Shown here: positions 1 through 9,855 of the stretch, in pieces
How the letters are laid out: each line of letters opens with the position of its first letter
Numbering within the stretch: the stretch's first letter is position 1
DNA from: a bacterium
GTDB taxonomy: Bacteria > Spirochaetota > Spirochaetia > Treponematales > Treponemataceae
Assembly: GCA_963601995.1 (NCBI GenBank)
Contig: CAVCIJ010000088.1
Location: forward strand, 1 to 58,327
Direction: 5' to 3'
DNA: 58,327 bases
The notes under the pieces: model-generated
What the model saw: only the letters and a program-made list of their open reading frames with translations
What the model was told of the DNA's origin: nothing
Database searches by the model: none
Position numbers and translations under genes: made by a program

Positions 1-148
1 TCCATGTACAAAAGATTTTTACTTGAAATACATTCGCGCTCTTCCAAAAAAAGAACTTGATGATATTAAGAAAAACGGACCTAATCCACTTGAAGTTGTT
101 TGCAGAAATTGTTCAAGTGTTTACCACATTCCTGTGAGTGAAATTTAA
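1..148 (+). CDS. hslO: Hsp33 redox chaperone, C-terminal end (partial, runs off window start)
   Basis: Frame from nt 2 reads PCTKDFYLKYIRALPKKELDDIKKNGPNPLEVVCRNCSSVYHIPVSEI*. The (C)xC...CxxC spacing matches the Hsp33 zinc domain. Confidence 0.8.
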   Translation, partial: PCTKDFYLKYIRALPKKELDDIKKNGPNPLEVVCRNCSSVYHIPVSEI

Positions 149-157
149 AAAAATTAA

Positions 158-204
158 AGTCATCTGTAAAATTTACTGCAAAAACAAAAACTTTACAGAT
201 GACT
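158..204. terminator. Inverted repeat after hslO
   Basis: agtcatctgtaaa (158-170) and tttacagatgact (192-204) form a perfect 13-bp stem. Confidence 0.6.
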
Positions 205-266
205 AAAAAAAACTGCCGTAGCCCACCCGCCACAGCAGGGAAAAAGTCTCTTATTACCCAAAATAT
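205..266 (-). ncRNA. Candidate ~60-nt small RNA
   Basis: Minus strand: TTGCGC(301-296)-17bp-TATATT(278-273) with extended TG, then hairpin CTGCTGTGGC/GCTACGGCAG followed by T8 (212-205). No ORF. Confidence 0.45.
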
Positions 267-470
267 TTTTAAAATATACCAAATAAAAATCTACTGCGCA
301 ACTGCAAGATTTATACAAAAAAATAAATTCAAATAATAAGAATCATTTTATTATTTTCTAAGAAAAATACTGTTACCTCTCTTTTTAATTTAGGTTTAAA
401 CAGTAAAAATTAAATAAAGCCAAAACAAAATTTTGACTTTTTTAATAAATTTTTTCAGAGAGGTATTTTT

Positions 471-980
471 ATGAAATCATCAAATGTTTTAAAAAAAGGT
501 CTTTGTGCTTTAGCATTAGCGGCAGTTTGCACAATCGGAACTTTCGCCCAGGAAAAAGGAAATGCTCCTAAACATCCAGATCCAAAAGACATACAGGAAT
601 TTTACGGAGAACTTGGAACTGCAAAACTAAAAGGCTCAGAATTTATAACATTAAAAGTTGGAAAAGATACTTACATTTTAACAGTTGCAAAAAATCCACT
701 TCCACCAAAAGAAAAAGCACAAAACAACGGTGCTCCAGAATTAAATGAACAGAAAGCAAACGGAATTCCAGAAAATGCTCCTGAACAGTCAGTTCAAAAT
801 AACGAAAAACCACTTCCTGCACCAAAAAAAGCAGATATGCCTATTCAGCATATTTCTGCAAAAGAACTGAAGATTTTAAAAGGACGTAACGTAAAGCTTG
901 TAGGAACACTTAATAAAAAGTCAAATGTAATTATTGTTGAAGGAATCATTACAGCAAATCCTGAAGAAAAAGCAAAATAA
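471..980 (+). CDS. Hypothetical exported protein with Pro/Gln-rich linker
   Basis: GAGG RBS; signal peptide ending TFA-Q; low-complexity middle region. Confidence 0.8.
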   Translation: MKSSNVLKKGLCALALAAVCTIGTFAQEKGNAPKHPDPKDIQEFYGELGTAKLKGSEFITLKVGKDTYILTVAKNPLPPKEKAQNNGAPELNEQKANGIPENAPEQSVQNNEKPLPAPKKADMPIQHISAKELKILKGRNVKLVGTLNKKSNVIIVEGIITANPEEKAK

Positions 981-1002
981 TTTTCTTGAAATAAAATTTA
1001 AG

Positions 1003-1039
1003 AAAGCCGCGAATTTTATTAAATTCACGGCTTTTTTTT
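1003..1039. terminator. Probable bidirectional intrinsic terminator
   Basis: aaagccgcgaattt/aaattcacggcttt stem with T-run, between convergent genes. Confidence 0.8.
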
Positions 1040-1047
1040 GCAGAAAA

Positions 1048-1782
1048 TTATTTTTTCTTTGAATCGATGTAAGAATATTTATTAACACTTTTTTTACTGT
1101 AACGAAATCCTACATCAAGCTGATAATTCCAGGAATAATCAAAAGGCTGAATATTTCTGTTACTGCCTAAATTTGCATAATCAAGACTGAACATTCCATT
1201 TGCAATGACAGTCCAGCTTTTTGCAACAGGAAGATTAATTTCTGCAAGCAAACCAAGTCCAAAGTATAAAAAATTATATTCATCAGTCATTTGATACATA
1301 AAATGTGGACCTGCACTAGCTTTTATAAGCACATATTTCCACATATCAGATTCAAACATTGGCCCCCAAAAAGCATCCACTGCACCCAAAATAATTTGCT
1401 TTGACTTTTGTTTCATTCCATTAAAGCTATTCGCAACCGGATAATAAAACGCAAGTCTTGTATAATTATTTAAAGGCTGTATATTTACAGTCTGCATTGT
1501 AACAAAGGCACCGAGCAGAGAATTCTGGTAAACAAAATTACTTCGATCGTCCATTATTTCAATACGCGTTACAAGTGAACTTGAAAGTCCGTAATTAAAC
1601 ATCACAAAAGGACTTTGTTTGATAACAGGAAATCCGGTTTTTGGATCCAGTTCAACATTCTCCTCTGAATTAGAATTTACACTTTTTAAGATTTCTGAAG
1701 AATCTTGAATTTCCTGACTAAAAGCAAATGAAAAAATTCCGCTTAGTAAAATAATCGAAAATAAAATTTTTTTTATATTCAT
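1048..1782 (-). CDS. Probable outer-membrane beta-barrel protein (about 8 strands)
   Basis: Signal peptide (AFS-Q); alternating amphipathic strands; YQLDVGFRY near the C-terminus. Last gene of a 4-gene operon. Confidence 0.65.
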   Translation of the reverse strand: MNIKKILFSIILLSGIFSFAFSQEIQDSSEILKSVNSNSEENVELDPKTGFPVIKQSPFVMFNYGLSSSLVTRIEIMDDRSNFVYQNSLLGAFVTMQTVNIQPLNNYTRLAFYYPVANSFNGMKQKSKQIILGAVDAFWGPMFESDMWKYVLIKASAGPHFMYQMTDEYNFLYFGLGLLAEINLPVAKSWTVIANGMFSLDYANLGSNRNIQPFDYSWNYQLDVGFRYSKKSVNKYSYIDSKKK

Positions 1783-1792
1783 ACAAAACGCC

Positions 1793-2146
1793 TTACTTTG
1801 AAACCAGATAAAGTGTTAAAGAAACGGTTTCGCCGTCTGAATCTTTCCAAACGAGATAAAGCATAGAACCGCGAACGTCCCATTCTGAAACAACATTGTA
1901 CGAAGGATTTTCAATTTCAAAAACCAAAACATTGTTCATTACTGCGTAAGTTCCCTGATAAGATGCAGTTCCTGAAGAAGTTTTTATTTTTGCGCTAAAA
2001 GTATAATCACTCTGAAAACGAATTGTATTTCCTGTGTTATCAGTCCAGTTTCCGTATAAAGGCGCTGGCGTATAACATCCAAAAAATGAAAAGACTGCAA
2101 GTGTTAAAATTAAGACAGCAAAACTTGTTTTAAAAAATTTTTTCAT
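1793..2146 (-). CDS. Small lipoprotein, lipocalin-like all-beta fold
   Basis: Lipobox FFGC; LYGNW start of mature region; repeated short beta-strands. Confidence 0.7.
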   Translation of the reverse strand: MKKFFKTSFAVLILTLAVFSFFGCYTPAPLYGNWTDNTGNTIRFQSDYTFSAKIKTSSGTASYQGTYAVMNNVLVFEIENPSYNVVSEWDVRGSMLYLVWKDSDGETVSLTLYLVSK

Positions 2147-2181
2147 AACATTTTCCTTTTTTTTCCCAAAAATATCAATTA

Positions 2182-4533
2182 TTATTCGCCCCAGCCGTAG
2201 CCAGTTGATTCTTCTCCAATTTCCCAGCTTACCTGCTGATTTGAAAGAATTGTATTTCCGCTGTTATCATAAGTTGTAACAAGATAATATCCATCTCCGG
2301 CAGCGCCGCTCACAATCTTTAAATTGTCATAATATACAATTCCCGGATACATTCCCTTGCAATCCACAGAATTGCTCATTGAACCGTTTGCGCTCATATT
2401 ACAACTTGTATCTGTGCTTCCATTCAAAATAAAGTACTCAACACAGCATTTTTTTTCATCTTCACTGAGAGAATTATAATCACTTCCATTTCCGTTTACG
2501 TTGCCCAAATAAAGAGTTCCATCTCCTGAAGCATAAAAGTCTGAATAATTTGTGTAAGGCATTTTTATTTCAGCTCCAAGCCCCGCAATACTTGACTTAT
2601 AAGTTAAACTTCCGCGAATATCGCCGTTTACAGTTTCGCTTCCAAGCTTGTCCATATCATTAGATTTATGCATCAAAGTAAGTTTTGACTGTGAATGCAT
2701 TACAGTTTTGTTGTACTCGCGGAACCATTGCTCTGCTGTAATTGCACCATAACCTCTGCAAGCAAATTCTGTGTCCTGTGAAGGCTCATTTGAATGACTT
2801 CCCTGACTTTGAATATTCAGTGAAACTACTTTGTAATAATACATTTCGCCAGCTTTTGCACTGGAATTTGAATCTATACAATAAGTTTCGCTTGTTGTAG
2901 CAACTTTCTTAAATCCGCTTGAAGATGATGTAGAACGATAAATTGTATATGCATAAGGACTTTCATTCTGTGGCGCATTCCAAGTAATTTTTACAGGATA
3001 AACACCGTTAGCATTTGCGCTCCAGTTTTCAGAAAGTTGAACATTTTTTGTTGCAGAAACATCTGTTGGCGCAGAAGGATGCGGTGCAGTCACCGAACTT
3101 AATTCACTTTCAAGATCTGCTGAATTTAATGTAGCAATTTTATAATAATTGTACTTTGAAATCTCGTAGAAAATATAGCCTTCGCTATCAACAGAAAAAT
3201 CAATAACTTCCGTAAGTCTTGTAAAACTTTCTGTAAGCGAAGAAGAAATCCAAATGCTGTATGAATAAGAAATTCCATCAATTTCTGAACCAATTGCCGG
3301 TTTCCATTTTAAGTAAACTTTTCCAGCTTCCAAAGAATCATCTTCTTGAACAGTAAGTGTTGTTGGAGGACTTAAAATAAATCCCATTGCAGGATTTGAA
3401 CTGTCTGAACCGCTTTCACTAAATCCGCTTTTTTGATCTCCAGATTCATAACTTGCTATTGTCATAACATAGTAATAATAATACAAACCTGTTTTTAATC
3501 CGGCACCGTCTGTATAAGAAGTGTCTGTTGTTCTTGATTTTATAAGACTTACAACTGAATCTGCTGAACTTGAGCGATAAATATTGTAATAAACAGTCGG
3601 AATTTCTCCGGCAGAATTTTGTGAAGCACTCACTGAATCCCAAGAAATTGTAAGACTTTTTTTGCTTGTTCCATAACCGTCTACAACCCTAACATTTTCT
3701 GGAGCCGCTGGAGCACCTTCAGTTAAAGAATAACCCATTGCAATTGAACTTTTTGCAGACTCTTCACCATAAGAATTTACAGCAACAATTTTGTAGTAAA
3801 ATTCAGTTCCCTGCTGTGAACTTGAAATTTCGTCAGAATACAAAGATGAACTTGCATTGATTGTATCAATAAGTTCCATGCTTGAACCATCTTCTTCAAT
3901 ACCGCGATAAATTTCGTATTTTTCAATATTTGAAGAATCAGAAGAACTTTTATTCCAAGTTACTTGAATTTCCGAAGTTGACTTTCCTTTCCATGCAACA
4001 ACATTTTGTGGCGGAGAAAAAAGACTGCCGCAAGCCTTTGTATCATCATTTGAAATATCAGTAAAATCACTTGAAACGTAGCCTTCTCCAATATTCTGAG
4101 CACAAATTCTGTAATAATATTTGTAGGAATATTCTGAATCATCATAACCTGGCGATGAAAGAATTTTATCTGTATAAGTTGTTTTGTAAACAAATGAATT
4201 TAAAACTGAAAATTCTTCTTCATCTGGAAGTGAATAATTTCCCTGCTCATCAGGCTTAACAACTGCCTTTTCAATTATATATGAACTCGCATTTTCAACT
4301 TCTTTCCAACTTACAATAATTTTATCAGAATAAATTTCTTCACTGGCAAAAACCTGCTCTGGTGCACTAAGAACAACAGTATCCCCGTAATACCTAAAAA
4401 GCTCCGCTAAATCAGAAACATTTGCTTCTGAATCCATAGCAATTTTTCCCTGAAACCAGTCTGCACACGAAGTAAAAACAAGACAAACAGAAAAAAGAAT
4501 AATTTTATTAAAAATATGTATGTTTCGTTTCAT
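2182..4533 (-). CDS. Fibronectin type III repeat lipoprotein (783 aa)
   Basis: Lipobox FTSC; repeated P.NV.A...I.V.W...Y.IYRS...Y.D...YYYKV.A units. Confidence 0.85.
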   Translation of the reverse strand: MKRNIHIFNKIILFSVCLVFTSCADWFQGKIAMDSEANVSDLAELFRYYGDTVVLSAPEQVFASEEIYSDKIIVSWKEVENASSYIIEKAVVKPDEQGNYSLPDEEEFSVLNSFVYKTTYTDKILSSPGYDDSEYSYKYYYRICAQNIGEGYVSSDFTDISNDDTKACGSLFSPPQNVVAWKGKSTSEIQVTWNKSSSDSSNIEKYEIYRGIEEDGSSMELIDTINASSSLYSDEISSSQQGTEFYYKIVAVNSYGEESAKSSIAMGYSLTEGAPAAPENVRVVDGYGTSKKSLTISWDSVSASQNSAGEIPTVYYNIYRSSSADSVVSLIKSRTTDTSYTDGAGLKTGLYYYYYVMTIASYESGDQKSGFSESGSDSSNPAMGFILSPPTTLTVQEDDSLEAGKVYLKWKPAIGSEIDGISYSYSIWISSSLTESFTRLTEVIDFSVDSEGYIFYEISKYNYYKIATLNSADLESELSSVTAPHPSAPTDVSATKNVQLSENWSANANGVYPVKITWNAPQNESPYAYTIYRSTSSSSGFKKVATTSETYCIDSNSSAKAGEMYYYKVVSLNIQSQGSHSNEPSQDTEFACRGYGAITAEQWFREYNKTVMHSQSKLTLMHKSNDMDKLGSETVNGDIRGSLTYKSSIAGLGAEIKMPYTNYSDFYASGDGTLYLGNVNGNGSDYNSLSEDEKKCCVEYFILNGSTDTSCNMSANGSMSNSVDCKGMYPGIVYYDNLKIVSGAAGDGYYLVTTYDNSGNTILSNQQVSWEIGEESTGYGWGE

Positions 4534-4549
4534 AATTTATCCCATCTCC

Positions 4550-7500
4550 TTATTCAGCAGGCCACCAGCCGTAAGTTGTGGATTTAATCCAGCAGTGGTC
4601 ATCTGAAATCTGAATTGGGAACCACTTTCGGCGAACTTCTTTATCAGTAGTATCAACCATTGTTGTTCCGTCTTTTATAATTTTAAGAGTGCTTGAATCT
4701 GTGCAAGTAACTGTCAATGAACCAGAATAACTATCCATATCTGATAATTCTGAAACAACGTTATTTACTGTAACTGTAAATCCTTCTGTTCGGAATTTAT
4801 TAAGATATGAATCAGCAAGTCCATCAGTTCTAGTTGAAACATCACTCATTGAAATACTGAAAAGTGTTTCATAATCTCCAGTAGGAAGTAATTGTTCTGG
4901 AGCATATTTATTCATAGAAACATTTGCTTTGTATTTTCCAGCTTCTGAAATTCCACATAACGACCTTGAACCAAAAATTGCAGTTCCGCCGTTCGCTGTT
5001 GTAAAATCATTGCCAGCGGTATAAGACAATTTTGATTCAACATTCGATAAATCATCTTTTCCGCCACCGTTTTTATAAAATCCGTAAGCAAGAACCAGCA
5101 TTGCAGCTTTTGTAAGTTCTTCGTTAGAAATCTGCCTGTAAGCATAAGTTTCTTCTTCCATAGCCGCAGTTCCGCTCGTTTCATCAGATTTTGAATATTC
5201 AAGACTTGATTCGAGTTTGTAATAAGTTTTCGCTGAACGAAGAACTTTTAAAATTCCATCAGTATAGTTTGCACTTCCTGCAGTTAAGCCTATTGGCAAC
5301 AAAATTAAACTTGAACCGCTTTTCAGTATTTTTGTATCAGAACTTGTATCATCAGTTAAAATTCCATCACTTGCATTTAATGTAAAGGTTTCTTCGCCGC
5401 TGGATGAATCAACTCCAACATCAGCAAGTTTTATATATCCCATACTTGTATTCTGATTCATTGCAGTGATTGTATATGTTTTAGGACCGCGTTTTCGCTC
5501 ATCAAAATTCCACAGCGTATGAGAAACTTTTTCTGAATAATAATTATCATCTTTTTTATAAGTTCCGTCTGAATCAACGGTTCCGTTATAAGATGCAGTA
5601 AAATCCATATAAAACAAATAGCCTTTATTTAGTTCTTCATAATCTTCTGTTACATCTGAATAACGTTCATCTAAAGCTTGTAAATGATTTGCATAAGCTG
5701 TTTTATAACTTAAGTCAGCAGTAGAAGTATGATACTGAACTGCATATTCATAAGCTTTTGTTTTATCCATATCAGAAAGTTCATCATTAAAAACTGTAGT
5801 ATCTATATTTCCTTCCTTAATTTTCGTCCAATTATCACTGCTTCCATAAAGACGTCTGTAAATATAAGGAACACCAGCATCATTTTCGTAAGGACGATCC
5901 CAGGAAACCTGAATAGCCGTTGAACTTTCGCTTTTTGCAGCTGTTACATTTAATCCGTAACCAATTGCAGCATTTTTTACAAAGGCAGAACTTTCTGTTA
6001 TATCAGCATAAGAAACTCCGGAATTTCCGTCAGACATTATTTCAAGTCCGCTAAAATAAAAATCATCACTATCATTTAATACAGGAAGAATTATGTAAGC
6101 AAAAGGAAGTCCCCACGAAATTTTACGCTGATTTACGCTTATTTCGTCCTGGCAATCAGAATCATCTATTTCATTCAAATAATATCTTGAATTTTTTAAG
6201 GAAACACTTGTTCCTTCTGCCGGATTTTCGCCATTTCGTTTTAAGGTTGAACTTTCTACATCAAAATAATATGTGTCTGCTGCAGTTTCAATTTTTGAAT
6301 TATCAGCAGTTCTGTCAGAATACAAAACACGATAAATTATGTATCCTTCAGCACCGTCAATTTTACTCCAGTTTAAACTGATATTGTTTTCGTACAACGT
6401 TCCTGCTGCTGCGTTAATTAAAGCTGGTCCAAAAGTTCTTACTGAATTTTGTGAAGAAGTTGAATCATTTTCATTTTTCGCAGTTACAGTTAAAATAATT
6501 TCGCTTCCTGATTTTAGAGCACTGTTGTATCCATCAGGCTTTGAAATCACGCAAGAGTAAATTCCATTTTCTTCAGAAATTTCTGTATTTGATTCATCGC
6601 CTGTTGTAAGCAGAAGTTCTGTTTTTGAATTATCACTTGAATAATATGCACTAAGTTCATAATCATCTGCCATTTGAACTTTTGGCCAAGTTATGAAAAT
6701 TGAATCATAAAACAATCCTTTTGTTGAAACCTGCGCTGTTCCCAAAGTTTTTGAAACTGACTCAGAAGTTTTTGATGTCTGCAAGCCATTTTCTGCAATA
6801 AGAGTATATTTTCTTGCATTTCCGCTTTCCGCAGAATGAGTGTAAGTTGCATAAGTTACTTCTGAACTTGTTCCATCAGAAGCAGTTTGTGTTTTTTTCT
6901 CTGTTGAAATTCCGCTGATTAAAGAAATTGTTCCGTCAGAAGATGTTTGTGTAAGAGAAAGACTTTGAATCTCTTCAGAAAGTGGCTGTTCTGTATTTCC
7001 ATCATATTCAATCCAGGAAATCGTATACGAATAAGATGAATTGTAATCCCAAATTAAAACATATTTGTCAGCAAATCCATCATCAATTTCAAAAGAATTT
7101 ATTACAGGAAGTTTATTTGCATCATCTGTAAGAGAAATTATATTTGAAGCAGAAACACTAGAATAATAATCATCAGCTGAAGGAATTTCTGATGAAGTTA
7201 TATCCACAGAATTTTTGCAGATATAAATTTTAAATGAATAAAAGCCTTGCTTTTCCTCATCAGATAAAAAATCAGAATCACAAGTTTTTACAAATTCATT
7301 TATTTCTTCAACTGAATCAAAACCTGCAAGAACTTTTTCTTCGTCCTGAGACTCACTTTCAAAAGATGTTCGTACATAAGTTAAGATATAAATATAAAAA
7401 TTCTCATCATCAAGAGAAAAATCTTCAAAATTAAAATCAAAACCTATATCAACGGAAGAGAATTTTGTTTCATCATCAGAATCATTTGTGTATTCATATT

Positions 7501-8710
7501 TTGTTTCCAAAACTGAATTTGAAATCAACCACGCTTCGCAGTCTGCTACACTTAAATCAGAGCTAACTGTTTTACTTCCAACGTCATCTGCATAAGAGCG
7601 AATTCTGTAAGAATACTGCTTTCCTCTAAGCACAGTTGAATCTGTGTAAGTAAGTTTTGCACCAGGAATATAATTTTCATAATTTGCAATGGCATCATCA
7701 GAATTTGCATTTTCAATATTGACTTTTAATGTTCCATAGTTTGATTCTGAATCAGAAAAAGTTTTATTTTCATCACAATCGAAATAAATGCCGTCAGCAT
7801 CTTCATCAAAAGTTCCAATATAAGGAACTAAAACTGTGTAAGAATCGTCATCCTCACTTAGTAATTTTCTTTCTATTGTAAAATAAAGCGGATGCTCATT
7901 GTAAATTCCCGAAGAAACTTTTACATCAACTCCTTCAGGCAAAGTCCAGGTTACATTTATTTCATCAGCACTAATGCCTCTTTCGCCACTTACATTTTCT
8001 GGAGCAGAAGGTGTTGTAAGACGGGCCGTTTCTGCATCAGCAAAATCACTTGTTTCGCCATCAAAACCTTCTATATATGATTTTACTTGATAATAATAAG
8101 TTGCCTTATATTTTAATCCGCTTATTTCAACGTTTCTTTCGCTGCCCAAAACTTTGTAAGTTCCTAAAACTGAAATTTTATCTTCTTCATAGCAGGTTAC
8201 TTCAAAAATGCAGGAATCTTGATATGTTTTACTAGAGCAATTATTCATCCACCAAGTTACAGTTACGCTTGTTCCGTCTGAACCCAAAGAAATGTCTGTA
8301 ATATTTGGAACTGCCATCGAAGAACCAAATATATAAGAACTCATACTGGATTTTTCACCAAGATAAGAAACTGTGCAAACTCTAAACCACAAAGATGTTC
8401 CTGCACTTACAGAATATTCAAAGCTTGCAGTATTTCCGCTTGTTTCGCCAATCTGAACAAAATCTTCATAAGGAGAATTTGCACTGTAAATAAGATATTG
8501 CTTTGCGTTTGAAACAGAATCCCAGTTTAATGTAATTTTTTTGCTATCACCGTTGCTTGCCGTTAAATTTTCAGGAGCATCAATTCCCGAAGAAATTACT
8601 TTAATTTCAGAAGTATTTAAATCCTGCACAAATGAATTCGTACAGGAAAAAAATGTAATGCAAAACAAAAAAGCTGTAATTCTTACTGCATACACAAAAA
8701 ACTTTTTCAT
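4550..8710 (-). CDS. Giant fibronectin type III repeat lipoprotein (~1386 aa)
   Basis: Start moved to ATG at 8710 (GGAG RBS; MKKFF); lipobox FFSC; multiple FN3-like repeats; acidic, Ser/Thr-rich. Confidence 0.85.
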   Translation of the reverse strand: MKKFFVYAVRITAFLFCITFFSCTNSFVQDLNTSEIKVISSGIDAPENLTASNGDSKKITLNWDSVSNAKQYLIYSANSPYEDFVQIGETSGNTASFEYSVSAGTSLWFRVCTVSYLGEKSSMSSYIFGSSMAVPNITDISLGSDGTSVTVTWWMNNCSSKTYQDSCIFEVTCYEEDKISVLGTYKVLGSERNVEISGLKYKATYYYQVKSYIEGFDGETSDFADAETARLTTPSAPENVSGERGISADEINVTWTLPEGVDVKVSSGIYNEHPLYFTIERKLLSEDDDSYTVLVPYIGTFDEDADGIYFDCDENKTFSDSESNYGTLKVNIENANSDDAIANYENYIPGAKLTYTDSTVLRGKQYSYRIRSYADDVGSKTVSSDLSVADCEAWLISNSVLETKYEYTNDSDDETKFSSVDIGFDFNFEDFSLDDENFYIYILTYVRTSFESESQDEEKVLAGFDSVEEINEFVKTCDSDFLSDEEKQGFYSFKIYICKNSVDITSSEIPSADDYYSSVSASNIISLTDDANKLPVINSFEIDDGFADKYVLIWDYNSSYSYTISWIEYDGNTEQPLSEEIQSLSLTQTSSDGTISLISGISTEKKTQTASDGTSSEVTYATYTHSAESGNARKYTLIAENGLQTSKTSESVSKTLGTAQVSTKGLFYDSIFITWPKVQMADDYELSAYYSSDNSKTELLLTTGDESNTEISEENGIYSCVISKPDGYNSALKSGSEIILTVTAKNENDSTSSQNSVRTFGPALINAAAGTLYENNISLNWSKIDGAEGYIIYRVLYSDRTADNSKIETAADTYYFDVESSTLKRNGENPAEGTSVSLKNSRYYLNEIDDSDCQDEISVNQRKISWGLPFAYIILPVLNDSDDFYFSGLEIMSDGNSGVSYADITESSAFVKNAAIGYGLNVTAAKSESSTAIQVSWDRPYENDAGVPYIYRRLYGSSDNWTKIKEGNIDTTVFNDELSDMDKTKAYEYAVQYHTSTADLSYKTAYANHLQALDERYSDVTEDYEELNKGYLFYMDFTASYNGTVDSDGTYKKDDNYYSEKVSHTLWNFDERKRGPKTYTITAMNQNTSMGYIKLADVGVDSSSGEETFTLNASDGILTDDTSSDTKILKSGSSLILLPIGLTAGSANYTDGILKVLRSAKTYYKLESSLEYSKSDETSGTAAMEEETYAYRQISNEELTKAAMLVLAYGFYKNGGGKDDLSNVESKLSYTAGNDFTTANGGTAIFGSRSLCGISEAGKYKANVSMNKYAPEQLLPTGDYETLFSISMSDVSTRTDGLADSYLNKFRTEGFTVTVNNVVSELSDMDSYSGSLTVTCTDSSTLKIIKDGTTMVDTTDKEVRRKWFPIQISDDHCWIKSTTYGWWPAE

Positions 8711-8740
8711 AAAACACTCCAAATTCTTTTACTGATTTTA

Positions 8741-8775
8741 GGAAATCTCTAGAAATTGAAATTTTTAGAAACTTC
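8741..8775. repeat. Short palindromic REP-like repeat, copy 1
   Basis: ggaaatctctagaaattgaaatttttagaaacttc; related to 16176 and 54370. Confidence 0.55.
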
Positions 8776-8804
8776 TTTATTTTTAGATTTTTATTTGATG
8801 ACTT

Positions 8805-9692
8805 TTAAAATTTTTTACCGTATAAAATCAATTCTGGATGATACTCAAAATGCATATTATCCCAAATTGCCCAATTTCCGCCCCAAATAAAACCTGCTTC
8901 TTCAAAAATTTTTATTATGATTTTTGGAGGCATCCATCTTTTAGAAAGCGGAGTAAACATCCAGCCATTAGGATTTTTGTCCTTTGCCCAACTCCAAAAA
9001 ACTTCTTTTCCTCCGTATTTATATGGAAGAACATCAAGTGCAATTCCCAAACTATGAAAAGATTTTCTGTTTGTTCCACTGATTATCCGCCAATAATAAG
9101 CATCGGCAGACTTTAAATTTTCTAAAAATTCTTTTACTTCTGAATCTGATTCTGAAAGTTCTAAAATTCTCGCATCAACTTTTTTTAAAGGCTCAACAAT
9201 TTTCTCGTGAACAGTCGTTTTTTTTCCCAAAAATGTAATTCTTTCAATTCTTTGCTCAAGACTCGCTCTTGTTTTTGAATCATAAGCCGCATCAAAAAAG
9301 AACATTGGCGTTCCCGCTCCAGATTTTCTGTTTTCTGCGGAAGAAAATTTTTTTAACTGATTTTTTTGTTCTTCTGTCATATTCGCAGGATCTTCAAGTT
9401 CTGAAATTTTATAAAGAAGAGGCCAATATTTCTGTGCATTAGAAAGTTCTTCTTTTGGAAGCATTCTTCCTTCAGACCAATAAAAAACAATATTCTCATC
9501 GTAATATGGAATTTTTAGAGTGATTTTCCAGTCTTTTACATCAGCATCATATTTGTAGGAAAACTTAATGTCAGGATATGATTTTTTAAAAATTTCTATT
9601 TCTTGTGGCGGGAAAATCGAAGAAACACAAAAAATTTGCGCGCAAAAAAACATCATAAAAACGAAAGTCAAAAAACTCCGCTTAAAATTCAT
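8805..9692 (-). CDS. M15 family Zn peptidoglycan peptidase (exported)
   Basis: SFHSLGIALD and DNMHFEY Zn-ligand motifs; GFIWGGNW; signal peptide. Confidence 0.85.
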   Translation of the reverse strand: MNFKRSFLTFVFMMFFCAQIFCVSSIFPPQEIEIFKKSYPDIKFSYKYDADVKDWKITLKIPYYDENIVFYWSEGRMLPKEELSNAQKYWPLLYKISELEDPANMTEEQKNQLKKFSSAENRKSGAGTPMFFFDAAYDSKTRASLEQRIERITFLGKKTTVHEKIVEPLKKVDARILELSESDSEVKEFLENLKSADAYYWRIISGTNRKSFHSLGIALDVLPYKYGGKEVFWSWAKDKNPNGWMFTPLSKRWMPPKIIIKIFEEAGFIWGGNWAIWDNMHFEYHPELILYGKKF

Positions 9693-9855
9693 TTTTAGCC
9701 CTCATAATAATTAGATTTCTTTATAACAAAAAAGTTGCAAAAAAAGAGTTGTCGAATAAATTTTTTTTATAGCGTCATTCCAAATTCATTTTAAAATCTA
9801 TAGTTTTAGACAGCCAATTTAGAATTTTAAAAATTTAAATCTTTTTATAAAATAA

